A stretch of DNA of 63,999 bases, the filler included, from Streblomastix strix (lineage: Eukaryota), in assembly GCA_008636045.1 (NCBI GenBank). It is 4 parts of 4 records of this genome, joined end to end, with 100 filler letters (N's around TTAATTAATTAA, not from the genome) between each part and the next. Parts side by side here need not be neighbours in the genome. Positions count along the whole stretch, not along the records: positions 16,054 to 32,005 come from SNRW01000902.1; 3 more parts are not named here. One strand, written 5' to 3'. The notes beneath the pieces are model-generated. The model was not told the DNA's origin. It made no database searches and saw only the letters and a program-made list of their open reading frames with translations. Shown here one piece after another: positions 15,954 to 29,039 of this stretch (its first letter is position 1; each line of letters starts with the position of its first letter). The position numbers and the translations under genes were made by a program.

Positions 15954-16053
15954 NNNNNNNNNNNNNNNNNNNNNNNNNNNNNNNNNNNNNNNNNNNNTTA
16001 ATTAATTAANNNNNNNNNNNNNNNNNNNNNNNNNNNNNNNNNNNNNNNNNNNN
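15954..16053. other. Artificial contig linker (N44-TTAATTAATTAA-N44)
   Basis: Identical 100-nt spacer occurs three times, separating contigs of 15953, 15952 and 15949 nt (decreasing size). Confidence 0.95.
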
Positions 16054-16315
16054 TTCCAAGTTCATCAATAGATAATTGCTTGCAAATATTATTAAGTGAT
16101 TTTTTATTGATTAAATCTATAATTTAAAAAATTGGCTATTTTCTGAGAATTTTAAATAATTCTATATGATAATAAGTTAATAAATTAAATATAAAATGAA
16201 ATAATTAAATAAAGAAAAAAAGATTGAAGATAGAAAGAAATAGATTGATAGGAAAAAATAAAAATTAAAAAGAGAATAATTAAACTTAATTAATCTAAAA
16301 TTAGCAAATTTATTC
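16054..16315. repeat. Direct repeat copy A (copy B at 23162-23423)
   Basis: TTCCAAGTTCATCAATAGATAATTGCTTGC...TTAGCAAATTTATTCT is near-identical at both sites. Confidence 0.9.
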
Positions 16316-17548
16316 TTGATTTCTTTTAATTTCCTATTTCACAAATTTGTTTCATTTCATTTATTTTTCTTTTCTTCATTCCAATAAGTTTTCTTTCTCT
16401 TTGCCTTTCTTTTATTTTCTATTCATTTTCCTCGTAATATTTATTCAATTTTTAATATTATAAACCATTTCAATTCTAGCTTAATTATCTACAATTTTTC
16501 CTTTTATTTCAATATTTTATCCTTTAATATTAATTTTTATATGTTATCCTTCTTTTGAAAAATCGGTTATTCTATTTTCATTTATGTATTAATTAACATT
16601 TGAAGAAATATCATTATATAGTTTAATTTATTCACCATTATATTGTAGTAATAATCCTTCAAAATAATACTTTTCTTAATTAATGAAATTTTTAAATTAG
16701 TTAATGTTTTCATTTATTCCATTAGAGTCAATTTATTATTTATTATTATTTAAATGGATACTGAAGTATTAAATTCCAGGAAATTCTCTCTGTTTATTAT
16801 TTTCAAATTCTTATTTCATTTTCTTATACTAATCATCAATACTTCCTCTATTATAATATTTATCTCCTATCCTTTCTAAATATTACATTCTGTTGTTATT
16901 TTTAGTAGTACTGAAGTGAATCAATGAAAAATCATCTTCATTAACAACTTAATCACAATTTAATAATCCTTTCTAACAATTTTCTAAAATTATATATAAT
17001 GATTTCTTATTATTTATTTGATTTCCTAATGTAAAATCAACAGCTTAGCCCTTTACATGTTAAGAATTACTAACAGCTTTTTTTGTATTTCTATTTAATT
17101 CTTCATCCCTAAATCCACTTAAAATTTGAAGTGTTATTTATTTATCATTTTCAAATAATTTTGAATTTAAGCATAAATCATATATCTTATCGACTTGTTA
17201 GGCAGTAAATAATAAATTATCTTTTTATTCTTATGTTGTTGGTTTGTTGTCAATTCCAAGTTTTTCTGCATTTAATGACTTTAAAAAATCATTTTCTGTG
17301 AAATGCTTTGAAAATTTGAACTAATTATTTCTGTTAAACTAAAGTATATCTGCATTTAATATATTTGTTGATGTTTACTAATTATAATCGTAATTATATA
17401 ATTCAATATATTTGTTCTGATAATATAAATTCGCGTTATTAAGCGGTATATTATCATATATAAATGAATTATTGAAGTTAGACTGACCAGCATAGACTTG
17501 ATGTATCAGATCCAGCATAATACAAGACAGCACAAATAACATCATCAT
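16280..17548 (-). CDS. Hypothetical protein with N-terminal signal-peptide-like segment; possibly a pseudogene (in-frame TGA near 16445)
   Basis: Begins MMMLFVLSCIMLDLIHQVYAGQSNF.., followed by a long frame under TAR=Q. No recognisable domain. Confidence 0.4.
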
Positions 17549-18316
17549 TCGTACTTAAATAAATTTGCTGAATAATTTATGAATTATAAATAAGTAAATA
17601 TTGCTTGATGAATATATTAAAATGCAAAAATAAAAATAAAATCCACTGAATTTCTCATTTTATTGTGAAAGAAAATATTATGGCATTTTTGCTGTTAAAA
17701 TAATCGTACTGTAAATGGTTATAGTTGGATATAGCGCTAATGAAAGTGCGGTACAAATATGTAATATGCTATTATTGATAATGTTGTGAAAATATTGAAT
17801 TTAAGCAATATTTACATTTTCGGTTGGCACTATTATTTGAGGCTCATAAAGGTTGAAATTAGCTTAATATATAATAATAATATATTCATTACAAAATATT
17901 AAATTTGGGGAAATTTAAACTTTAAGATTTGGAAAATGAGCAGAATGTAGATGAACTCCTAATCACTAGCATTGAGATTTATAAAGTATTATATTGATAT
18001 TTTAAATTTTACTATTTCATTTTAATATATTGAATAATTCATCAATATATAAATCTCAAGAATGTGAATCGATGCAAAAAGCAGTTTTTTATTTTAAAGG
18101 ATAGAATTATTATCAGAGAAAATATGAGCAATTTAATGAAGATATCATTCTAATCTCGTATTATAACTTGAACTAAAATTAAGTTGATTGGATGTACTTT
18201 AATAGAATATGTTGATAATGAGATTACAAACCATAGATCTTATTAAATTTTACTAAATTGATATATAATGTTGGGTATTTATATTATTCAAATAATTATT
18301 TTAATAAAAATATAAG

Positions 18317-18352
<36 letters not shown>

Positions 18353-18479
18353 TTACATGATAATAAATATAAATATAATTAAATTATTATAATAATAAAT
18401 TATATTTTTATGTGTATTATTATACTAATCTAATTTAATAATTTCATATAAAACTTAAAAATATAACATTTGAGAAAAA

Positions 18480-20433
18480 AAGCAATACTCATCTTTTTCA
18501 TTCCATAATGTCATAACTCTTTCTTATCTATTTATATATGATTCCCTAAATAATGGAAGTAATAAATTAAAAAATATATAAATATATTTATATTTATGTT
18601 TATATTAGAAAATTTATTATTATTTATTTATATTCATATAAAATATACTGTCATTCAATGATAGATAATAGAGTGCAATTTTAGCAGATTCCTTTGTAAA
18701 GATATCTGAATTATTAAGAAGTGACTTGAGGTGAACAACAACATCTCTCTTAATTGAATCATCGGGAATCTCTCGATCTTTGAAAAGATAACCAATATAA
18801 ATGGCAGTTCTATCTTTTGCAATTTAATTATCATTATTCAGAAACAATTTAAATATCTTATTAATTCCATCAATTTCTGAAATTTAATTGAATTGAAAAT
18901 TTATTTTATCTTGAAGGTTTGATTTTACTCCATAATCAATCAATTATATTAATGAGTTTAAAATATTGTTAATAATGAGATTATCTTTGTGATCAAGAAG
19001 ATGGAATAATCCAGAGAATGGATGTGTATTCAGCAATAGCTGTTTGTTTTCATTATTTGTAACAGATAATTAGTAGAAAACTTCTGAATATTCTAATATA
19101 ACAGTGTTGAGATCTTCTAATTAAAATATTTAAAGAAGACCATCGACAATTCCAGATTCAATTATCATTTTTTTTCTTTCATTATTTTCTTTTGCTTAAA
19201 GAATTGTTGAAATTAGGATACTATCGCAAGTTTACTTAATTTCAACTTATTAATCTTTTATTCCATTTTTATATATTTATTATTTCAGATCATTTGCAAT
19301 TTAAACCAATAGATAGGTATCATGTAAAATACAATCAATATTACCTAAAATAAAATATAATTATTAAAAATTTAAAAATAAAAATAATTATTATATGTTA
19401 ATAAATAAAAAAAATTAGTCTATAATAAATAATTCTATAATGTCTTTTGATAAACATACCTTCATTAAGCGCTAAATCTGTAAGTGCATTAATAGCTAAA
19501 GCCTGCTATTATAAATCTGCTTCGATTGCAATTTTCTTCAACAATGTAATTATCTCCAGTTTTATAGATGCATTTGGAATCTCTCTAGCCCGATATAACC
19601 ATCCAATACTAATAACAGCTTAATAAGTACATTGTTGACTTTAATTTGAATGGTGAAAATATGTAAGAAGTCTTTCAATTCCATTACATTTTTCAACTTC
19701 TTCAAAATGTGGATGAAATTTTGTACCTAAAATTGCATTTGACCCTTAATTGGCTAATAAGTAAATTGAAAAAATTGCATTTCTAATAATATTGGTATCT
19801 TTGTGCTAAAGAAGACGAGTGAGGCCATTATATGGTTTCTTTTCAAACAATAATTTTAAATTTTCTTAATTTGAGATTGCCAATTCAACAAAAACTGTCG
19901 TATAGATCTCTGTAATAGTCTAAAGATCTCGATTTTCAAAGATATTAATTAGACCTTATGCAACTCCTACATTTATTGCTATTTTACGAAGTTTGAGATC
20001 TTTGTCCTCTTTGAACTTTCGTAAAAGAAGTTTGCAAATATTTTCTTATTTCTCTTGAATATCCTTTTTCTATTATTCAGTTCCTATAAATTGTTCTTGT
20101 AGTTATTAGGAAATCGTAACCCAGATTTGAGGTAATTATTCTTTTTCATTTTCTTGCTTATTTTCAATATTTTATCCAATAATTTCTCCTTTGATCATTG
20201 AAATATTTAAAAGAATGATAAAAATTGTAGATATGAATATCTCATTCCCTTTGGATTGTCTATTTTGTATTTTGAGATTCTAAACTCCCATAAGTTGTTT
20301 CATCACCTATAAAATAATATAGATTAGATAAATAAAAGAAAAGAGTAACTTTGCAACACACTTGAGTGCAAATCACTTGTATGATGTGAAGATAATGATT
20401 ATATCTATTTGTTTTTCTTTCAAATTTACTCAT
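18480..20433 (-). CDS. ARM/HEAT-like repeat protein of the same family as the repeats at 2870-6230; ends uncertain
   Basis: Two repeat exons: KPYNGLTRLL..HPHFEEVEKCNGIERL..IGWLYRAREIP and DRTAIYIGYLFKDREIPDDSIKRDVVVHLKSLL. They resemble the repeats in the first kinase. Confidence 0.6.
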
Positions 20434-21221
20434 TTCTAAAATAAACAAATAAAAATATATATTTATGATTCTCTTATAAAATTAAAAATACAAATTTAAT
20501 ATATTTAATCATCAAATTATAGAATTAAATAAGTTTAGATTTAAATAGTGCAAAATTTTCTGTAGCGTATAAATATGCATATGTCAAGTGTGCAGAAAAA
20601 CTGTATGTGCTACAATAGCTTTGATCAGCAAGAAATTTAGCTTGAGATAGCAGAGAAAATATTACATTATTATTATAATTTTTTTAAAGATTTAAAGCTG
20701 CGAGATTCAGTCACTGCTTTCGATTATTTAATTGAGATTTTATTTAATGATTATATTCATGCAGTTATAATACTGTTTCTTATCACAAAATTGCTTTGCA
20801 GTGACAAAAACGAGTTTCAATTAAGAATCTTGCCAAAATGTCATATATTAATCAATTGATTTTATTTTAAGTTTATATTATCATATTCCCCATTATATTA
20901 CATTGGTGTAAAATAAAGAAACTTGCAGCCTCCTCTTAGATTGCCTATAGATTTTTCCAACTAGTTTTTAAGGTGAAAATTTTTTCACTTATCATATATA
21001 TTCAAATTGATCATAATAAATTAACTTTTCTATCAAAAGCGATTGGAAATTTACGCTTTCAAAGCTTACAAACCAACAAATTAAAAAATTTGTTAACAAC
21101 TCCTGTCTTGCTGAAAATAATACAATAATTTTTTATGTTTCTTTCTTTCTTTTTATATAGACAGTTTTTTAGAAGTCATGATATTGATATTTGTCTTACT
21201 CATTTCATAATTCGTGAAATT

Positions 21222-22857
21222 AGGATTTTGTGACGATATTCTCCTCGCATCTTCATATTTTCATGATTTATTCTTTCCAATATGGAACGAAAAGATACAT
21301 TCAATCACAGTTTCATTAGAATAAACATCTCAGTTCATATCTTCAGATTATTATTCTCATGAATATATGCACGAATAGTTATAACCTGTATCTATATAGA
21401 TCAAACCAGAATTTTTACGGCCAAACTAAATTTATGATAAATAGTTTAATGAATTGGTTTTGTTTAAGTGGAATCATTCAAAAGAAAATCAAACCTTAAA
21501 AGATAATTATTGGAACTCGGTTTCGTAAGGAGGAATTAGAGATTGTTCTCTTATATCGGCATTAATTGCCATGGCTATGATGGAAACACATCGAAATCAA
21601 CAGTTGATTAGTGATAAAATATATCCGAGAGATTCTGGGAATGTGGGAGTATATAATCCAAGTGGTTAATATCGATTGCGTTTGTTCATAAACGGATGTT
21701 GGCGAATGGTTGAGATAGATGACTTACTTCCTTGCTTCCCATTGCCAGTAACTTTGGAGAGCGATTGGAATACACGTGTAATAATGTCAGCAAGTAGTAC
21801 TATTAAAGGCGAATTGTGGGTTCCATTACTTGAGAAGGGGTATCTTCGTGCATTAGGTAATGGATATGATTCTAAAAGTATTAATCCATTCGATGTTTTC
21901 TTTTCATTTTGTTAATGGATACCTTAAACATCGTGGAACCTTAAAGGAATCTTTGAAAAGGATTATGAGTGGAAAAAATTAGTAAGAAGAGTTAAATCAG
22001 ATAATATTCTTGTTATACTTGGAATATAATAAATTGATATGAATGATTAAGGACCATAACGATTCAACTTTATAACAACTCATTCCTATACTCTAATAGA
22101 TGTTGCTCAAATAGGGAATTCTAAGCTTTTTAGACTTCGTGATGCACACAGAAAAGAATAAGTGAGCAGAAAGTTTAATTCTACTACATTACTATAATAA
22201 TATGAAAAAAGGAATGATGGAAGCTTCTGGATTGATATTGAAGATGCTAAGAAATATTTTAGTATGGGATTCCTGAGTTGGCGACCCGATTTGTTTACAT
22301 ACAAATAACAAATCAACTTTGTTTGGAAGGAACAATAGTACATGCATGACACAATTGATGAACTTAGTCAATTTGCTCCATAATTTTTATTATATAAAAG
22401 ATCTAAAGAACAAAAGATATGGATCCTTCTCCATAGGCATTATCAAAGCAAAGTATCACCTTACAGTTTAATCGAATCAGAATAGAAAGAAGAAGATATG
22501 CTTATTAGTATCAGTTTCTGCCGCCACAATCATCCAGAAGAACGCCCTGTGAATCCAAAAATAACTCATCGAGATGGAAATATTTGTTTCTCATCCACAT
22601 ATTCAAAGAGCCATTTCAATTTATTTTAAATTGGTCTATTTGATGAAGATATTCATAAAACTGATTAGAATGAGTTAGGATTAAATGAAGTGCAATTACA
22701 TTTAGCAAAAATGTAAGAATTCACTTGTAATTATGTAGGTTGGTTCACCATTCGCGCAGAAATTTTAAAAGCTCCTGAGCATTCCAAAGGAGATCTCCGT
22801 TTCTCACTATACATTTTCTCTGATCAAAAGGTTGATTAACCCGTTCCTATTTATTGA
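21222..22857 (+). CDS. Calpain-like cysteine protease (calpain-7/PalB-like CysPc domain); 5' exons upstream (~20580-21220) unresolved
   Basis: FLRP, Q(TAA)GGIRDCSL, YNPSGQYRLRLFINGCWRMVEIDDLLP, ELWVPLLEKGY, THSY, LRDAH, DGSFWID. TGA at 22855-22857. Confidence 0.85.
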
Positions 22858-23161
22858 ACTTTAAATTATATTTAGCAATATAACAATTAGTAAATCATTT
22901 ATTTAATTTATTTTATAATAAATTTCAAACATTAACTAATAATTTCTTTATAAAAATTACAAATTCTAGCTGTTTGTGATTTTATTTGTCAATTTCTAAA
23001 CACCTATTTAAATAATCCCTGTCTTAAATAATTAGTTCTCAATTCAGAACAAATATAACATACTTCTGAAGATTCTTGTTTTGATGCTGAAAATTTTGTA
23101 TAAAGTATATTGATTACTCCAATAATTATAACATATAAATTATTTTACAGGTAAAAATAAG

Positions 23162-23423
23162 TTCCAAGTTCATCAATAGATAATTGCTTGCAAATATTAT
23201 TAAGTGATTTTTTATTGATTAAATCTATAATTTAAAAAATTGGCTATTTTCTGAGAATTTTAAATAATTCTATATGATAATAAGTTAACAAATTAAATAT
23301 AAAATGAAATAATTAAATAAAGAAAAAAGATTGAAGATAGAAAGAAATAGATTGATAGGAAAAAATAAAAATTAAAAATAGAATAATAAAACTTAATTAA
23401 TCTAAAATTAGCAAATTTATTCT
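23162..23423. repeat. Direct repeat copy B; homology ends at the start of the virus-like region
   Basis: Matches 16054-16315. Confidence 0.9.
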
Positions 23424-23506
23424 ATCTTACCTTATTAATCAATATGAACATGATTCCAGATAATTAATTTCATTTCAATGAAAATAAAAATAATATTTAA
23501 TAATTT

Positions 23507-24687
23507 TCACTGATCCTCAATAACATAATCATCTAAATCATTTTGAAACTCATATGGTAGTAGTCCAGCATTTTCTAATGTCTTTCCTTCATTAAATGTT
23601 GGTTTTTTTTCTTGTTTTTTTGTCATATCCTATTCATATGATCTCTATTCTCTTAGTCTTTTCTGATATCTTCTCAATTTAGATTCTTTAATAGCTTATT
23701 CTGTTGGAATAGTAAATATATCATCTCCATCAGCATTTGTACTGTCAGGGATTTCACCTAATTGTTTATTCCAAAAAAGTTGCATAACCTGTTTATATCA
23801 GTCTCATCATTTAATTTTCTTTTTACGAACTTTAACCATTTATGAAATATTGATTATATGCTTATTTTATTGCTTTACTCAATTTCTTATATATTGCTAA
23901 TGAAGTACCATCGCCTCCAATAAATGTTTATGCTTAATATAATTTATCATAATATTACAATAGCCATGGAGCAATAACTCCCTTCCATATCCTATCTCCA
24001 ATGACTGAATATACTTAAGCAATTGTATAGCCACGCTCTTTCAAAAATGGAGATAGATAATATTTGATGAAATGTCTATAGCCATCAGCTGGCTTATCTT
24101 CTTCTTTCCATGATTTATAATGTGTAGCTGCTCCGTCTTTTCTAGATGGATTTTCAGTGAAATACTTAGTTATTTTTTGACGCTTAAATGGGACTGTAAT
24201 TCTAAGTCTATCAGCTGATCGAATAAATCCGTTATTATCACGAACAGCAAACTCTGCAAATTTATCACCATTAATATCTTCTACTGTTTCATTCCATATA
24301 TTTTATTTTCTCTGTATCTTTTTTATTTTTTTACCATTCTTCGAATGAAAGTGGATTTGACCACATTTTCTTGAATTGAATATCTTTATTCTTACCGATC
24401 AAATCCATTGGAGGAGCATATGATTACTACTTTGATTGTACTAAAAGTTCATTTCTCTTCTTTGATGCTTATTCTTTAACTCTTTAATAATCATTATTAT
24501 CTATCAAATCTTATTTGTCTTTTATTTATGATGCTAGTGACGTCTGATATTTTTCATATGATAGTACCAATCCCTTATTTCCATTGTAATCTATATCAGG
24601 GTTTCTTGGTTTAGTACGTGAACGATATCCTAATTTATCTGCAACAATTAGTTATGAAGATCCACTTTATTAAGTTTGTTCACTCAT
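23507..24687 (-). pseudogene. Hypothetical viral protein, frameshifted
   Basis: MSEQTQQSGSSQLIVADKLGYRSRTKPRNPD... through ...FQNDLDDYVIEDQ*, intronless and disrupted. Confidence 0.5.
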
Positions 24688-24754
24688 TTAGTTTAGTTTA
24701 AGCAAAAAAATAGATATCAACTACACGACAATCATTAGTTTCAACTGAAAATAA

Positions 24755-25542
24755 ATGTCAAATCATTCATTGACGCAATATGTAAATGAATTACTAGAGA
24801 GTTAAGTCACTAATAAACATGAGGTATAAAGCACAGTTCACAAGGAAATTAACTTTACATATAATTCTATTAACTTGCTTATAATATAGAGAGAAAGCAG
24901 AAAATCTTATAATGTATTCAAAGAATTAATCAAATTGAGTTAGATTAAGAACTGTTATACATTATTTATATATGTTACTGATAGCAATAATGATTAAACA
25001 TATAAGAAGATGAGTATACTAATCAATATTCCAACAAAGATTGTCACTTATGGTGAGATTGATGGTGTACTTAATGACCTAATTGAGGCAAAAGCAGCTT
25101 ATGATACAGTTGTTGAGAAACATCTAATAAATTAACTTACATCAGATTCAAAGCAGGAAATACTGACTACTATTTGGAGCAGAGAATTTAAAAATGAAAT
25201 ATCCTCATACACTAGTTTTATTTGATGATACAACGTCAGTGTTCAAAAATAAGTAATTACCATTATTCAAAAAACTATTTAAGAACACATTAACCAAGAA
25301 TCACTTCTTTTCTATGCTTATAAGACATAATGGGTCTTGACGCAAGTATAACAGCTAATGTTGATACAATATACTTTTTCGGTGGATTCTATCGATAGAA
25401 GCTTAACTTATTTTATTATTAATCTTCTATATCATTTGATAAAGATAAAATATGGGAATAGTATATAAATTTAACAAAGAGATAAGCCTTAATAGCATAA
25501 TACAACAATGATGGAACAAAAGTATTGATACTAGACTCATGA
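24755..25542 (+). pseudogene. A32/FtsK-HerA-like genome packaging ATPase
   Basis: Degenerate Walker A region near 24890, Walker B HTLVLFDD, then FLCLQ(TAA)D..LDASITANVDTIYFFG, typical of A32-family C-terminal motifs. Frameshifted. Confidence 0.7.
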
Positions 25543-26525
25543 TTCTTTATCTAAATCATCAATTGAAATAATTCCTTTATCAACTAATACACTAATTAAT
25601 TTATCCAATTAATCATTTTCAATTATGCTATTATTTTTATAATGATATTTTCTCAAAGAGATTGCACCTTAGAGTTTAGTAATACAATACCCTTTGACTT
25701 TGAATGTCTTATTTAATTTTTATGTAGTCATTTAATCTATTGATTCCTTATTCAAAACAAGATACTATTTGAACTCATCAACTGTTTCAAATGTTACTAA
25801 CTCAGGTGAATACTTCTCTAATATCTTCAGATACGGTAATTTATTGTTTAATTTATTAACTACCTTCTATTTGCTGTCAAATATTACTAGACTCGTTTTA
25901 TTAGAAACAAATTCATAATGTTTAATCAAAATACTAAATAGATTTCAAGTATAAATGATATATTATTTTAATCAACTAATTCACCATCAATATTCTTAAA
26001 CCAAAATTATACATTTGTATCATGATTTAATTAGCAAAAGTGTTTATCTGTACATTTTTCATCACATTTACCTAAATATTAATCATCATCTTAATCTTCT
26101 TACATAATTGAAGCATGTAAATATAGATATTAACTAATTAATTACTTATTTGTTCTACATTATACAAATATTATCTCTCTATTATTTTTCGATGTGACAA
26201 ATTCCACAGTTAATTAAAACTGGTTAATCCCTTCATATGTTTGTATGGTTGAATTTTAAGTTAATATCATCCTTTTTTCTGTTAAGTTATGTGATCATTT
26301 TATATTCAAAAATAATTTCAATGAATAAGTTATTCTTATCTTTCAAGATAACTATCGCTTATACGTATTAAACCTGTCACATAATCTAAAATTATATATA
26401 AACTTTATGCTTATTTTTTTCTTAAATTCTACATTAAAATCTTAAATTTCTTTAGTTTTCTGTTGGTAATCGTTTTGTAGTTATATTTGCAGCTGTATAA
26501 GTATATCATATGTTTAATGATCCAT
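25537..26525 (-). pseudogene. Hypothetical viral ORF(s)
   Basis: Starts MDHQTYDILIQLQ.., with a C-terminal TTQKLNKTFKVKGYCITKLQG segment. Its stop overlaps the ATPase end in TCATGA (25537-25542). Confidence 0.4.
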
Positions 26526-26583
26526 TTTAGATTAGATAAAAAAATAATTATTAATATTGATTTTTTATCCTACAATCAACTCA

Positions 26584-26784
26584 TCATTTAGGTTGTTCTT
26601 ATATTTAAAGATAATCATCTGCTGTGCGTATTAAATATCGTACATTATCAAGCATTTGATTTAAATTTTATTCTTATTTTTTGTTTATGTCATTAAATTC
26701 TAAAATTTCTTTAGACTTTTATTAATGATCTTTTATCAGTTATAATTCTAGCTGCTTAAGTGAGTCATATGTTTATTTATCCAT
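26584..26784 (-). CDS. Small hypothetical viral protein (~66 aa), paralogous to the N-terminus of the ORF starting at 26525
   Basis: MDKQTYDSLKQLELQLIKDHQQKSKEILEFN.. versus MDHQTYDILIQLQIQLQNDYQQKTKEIQDFN..; both have the identical upstream TTTTTTATCTAATCTAAAATG. Confidence 0.55.
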
Positions 26785-26831
26785 TTTAGATTAGATAAAA
26801 AAATAAAAAAATAATTATTAATATAAATTTT

Positions 26832-28545
26832 TCATCCTTCAATCTAACTTATCACTTCATCAAATGTGTTTTTTACATCATAAACACATGATCCTCCATT
26901 AATAGGTCCAAATAGCCAGGAAGTATCATGCATTGCACGTAGAATTAGTGGAAGTAGTCTCTTACCAATTAGATCAACATTATAATAACAATCTGTATCA
27001 CCTTAACATATTGGTGCTCCTCTTAATTCTACTGATACATTTTAGTTTTGAGTATCTAATCCATGAAATATTAGTGCACCATTACTACTACATTCACATA
27101 AAAGATTGATCATGAAAGATGTAAGATCAGTGTGAGGATTCAATCTTCTTGAAGCAGTGTTTCTTGGTGTTGTGAGAGTATCATCGAATTCATCAGTTGC
27201 TTCGAATAGCAGGTCTAGGTTACTTGCATTCAATTACATTTAGAAGACTTATTAATCTGGTATATTTATTTGCATTTCAGGTAAATTTCTTCTACAAATA
27301 GTAACTTACATATTATGATATCTTGGACTTTCATAGCAAATTGCGGCTCTAGCATCTTTAGGAAATTGCAGGAATAAATCAGGAATATGAGATAATGGAA
27401 TATTTTATGATGTTCTAATTCTTATTGTAGTAGCACTTGTTGGAAATGACCATGCTTCAACTCTCTGTGAAGGTACAACAAATGGTCCATTAGCATAGAA
27501 TTCACGTACTCTTTATAAACAGTCATCTGTTGCCTGACATCCACTCATATTAGCTGTTACTTCAGTTACAACGTAATTCTTTATTGATAATGTCACTGGA
27601 CTAATACTACACATCAAATTCTTCAAACCACTATCTGTTATTTATTCAATACTTATTTTGGTAATAAGATCTGCAATACATCCCATTTGAGTGAATTACT
27701 TTATATATTGATATCAAAGACTCCAATTTTTAAAGAGTAGATCAATGTTCTTCAGTTTATCGGGGGCCACTAGCAATAAGATCAGTTTTATTCATAATGT
27801 AGTATTTAGCCATACTGATAATTGGATTCACTTATGCAAATACAAATGAGTTGGGATTAATTTTAAATCTAATTTTAAGATCATCGAATTGTGAATTAGG
27901 ATAGTCAGTAAACCCACTAAATACAAGGATATCATCTAATGAAATTGATAATCTAAATATAATTGGCATAGTGTATGGAATAGAAACTTAATCTTTAATA
28001 GCTTTTTCTATTTCTCTTATTGTTACATAAGTACCACAAGCTGATGTATCATATTTGTGTATATTTTCATACAATGAATGAATGTGTTTTCTATTATTTT
28101 TCTCATTTCGCGGTTTAACAGTGTTATAGATAAATTATTCGGTAGTTGAATCATTCTGCAACGTTCCATCAATAATACGTCCTCTATGATAAATAGTATA
28201 TTCTCTTATAACTTAACTAGCTGATTTTAATTTAATGAACATTACAGTTCTATCTTTATAAGATTCTTCAAATCCTTCAAATTTGTTTTCAAACTGTACA
28301 TTAGCTGTGAGTACTATTGAAAGGAATGAATTCTGAATTTATTTTACATCATGATCAGTGTCAGATAAGCTAATTTAAATTTCCTTATCGAATAGTGCAG
28401 GCATGTAGCTCTCCGGTTTGATTTCTTTGATTGAATAATGGTGTTCTCCATCATTTTTAAATGCATCAACAGAATTACTTTTTAAAGTTGCTTCGATAGT
28501 TCCGAGTTATTGCAAATGCTTTTAATTATTGAGAAATCGGTTCAT
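26832..28545 (-). pseudogene. Putative major capsid protein (double jelly-roll) of a Polinton-like virus; in-frame TGA at 27714-27716
   Basis: ~570-codon intronless ORF MNRFLNNQKHLQQLGTIEATLK..NSFLSIVLTANVQF..SASQVIREYTIYHRGRIID..FRLSISLDDILVFSGFTDYPN..DLKIRFKINP. Size, beta-strand pattern and position beside ATPase and fibre genes suggest an MCP; the fold is inferred, not confirmed. Confidence 0.6.
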
Positions 28546-28611
28546 GTTTTATTTGAAGCAAAAATAAACTAATCATATTCAATAAGTTAAACTTTGAATT
28601 GAAAAATTTTC

Positions 28612-29017
28612 AAAAATCTTCTTCACCAATTTCTTGAATACAATATTGTGAATCACTTATAACTTAATTACTTGGAATCGCAAGATGAGTTCCCATAGCT
28701 TTATTTATATTTCTTGAGACATTCGGATGAAATCTAATGAATCTATTATTTTGAATTGACTATCTTACTCTAGGTTCATCAATGAAATTCCCTACGTCAT
28801 TTTCAAAATTTGTCATGTTAGTCATTCTGTCTTAACCGTTATTTGCATATATTAAATCTAAACCACTTGACGCAGCTTATAAACCTCTACTTATTATAGA
28901 TGGAGCGAGGGTATCGATATATGGTTTAAAGGGTTTATATACATGTTAATTTGCCCAGTTAGCTCTTTCACCAATTTTCTGTGCTATCTATTTGATTTTA
29001 TGAAAGATTCCAGCCAT
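28612..29017 (-). CDS. Small viral protein with amphipathic N-terminus
   Basis: MAGIFHKIKQIAQKIGERANWANQHVYKPFKPYIDTLAP.., an open frame of ~135 codons under TAR=Q. Confidence 0.55.
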
Positions 29018-29039
29018 TTCATTTACGAAAAATAAACAT

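Noticed and set aside
15954..16053. TTAATTAATTAA palindrome recurring every ~16 kb (also 32006-32105, 48055-48154)
   Set aside because: Always centred in exactly 100 nt of Ns, between size-sorted contigs. It is an artificial six-frame-stop linker, not biology.
18318..18347. (TA)n run
   Set aside because: Ordinary microsatellite in AT-rich non-coding DNA.
27714..27716. TGA readthrough or reassignment in viral genes and CDC48
   Set aside because: In-frame TGAs fall at likely Gly/Arg/Trp codons and co-occur with frameshifts, consistent with decay. Intact genes end in TGA.
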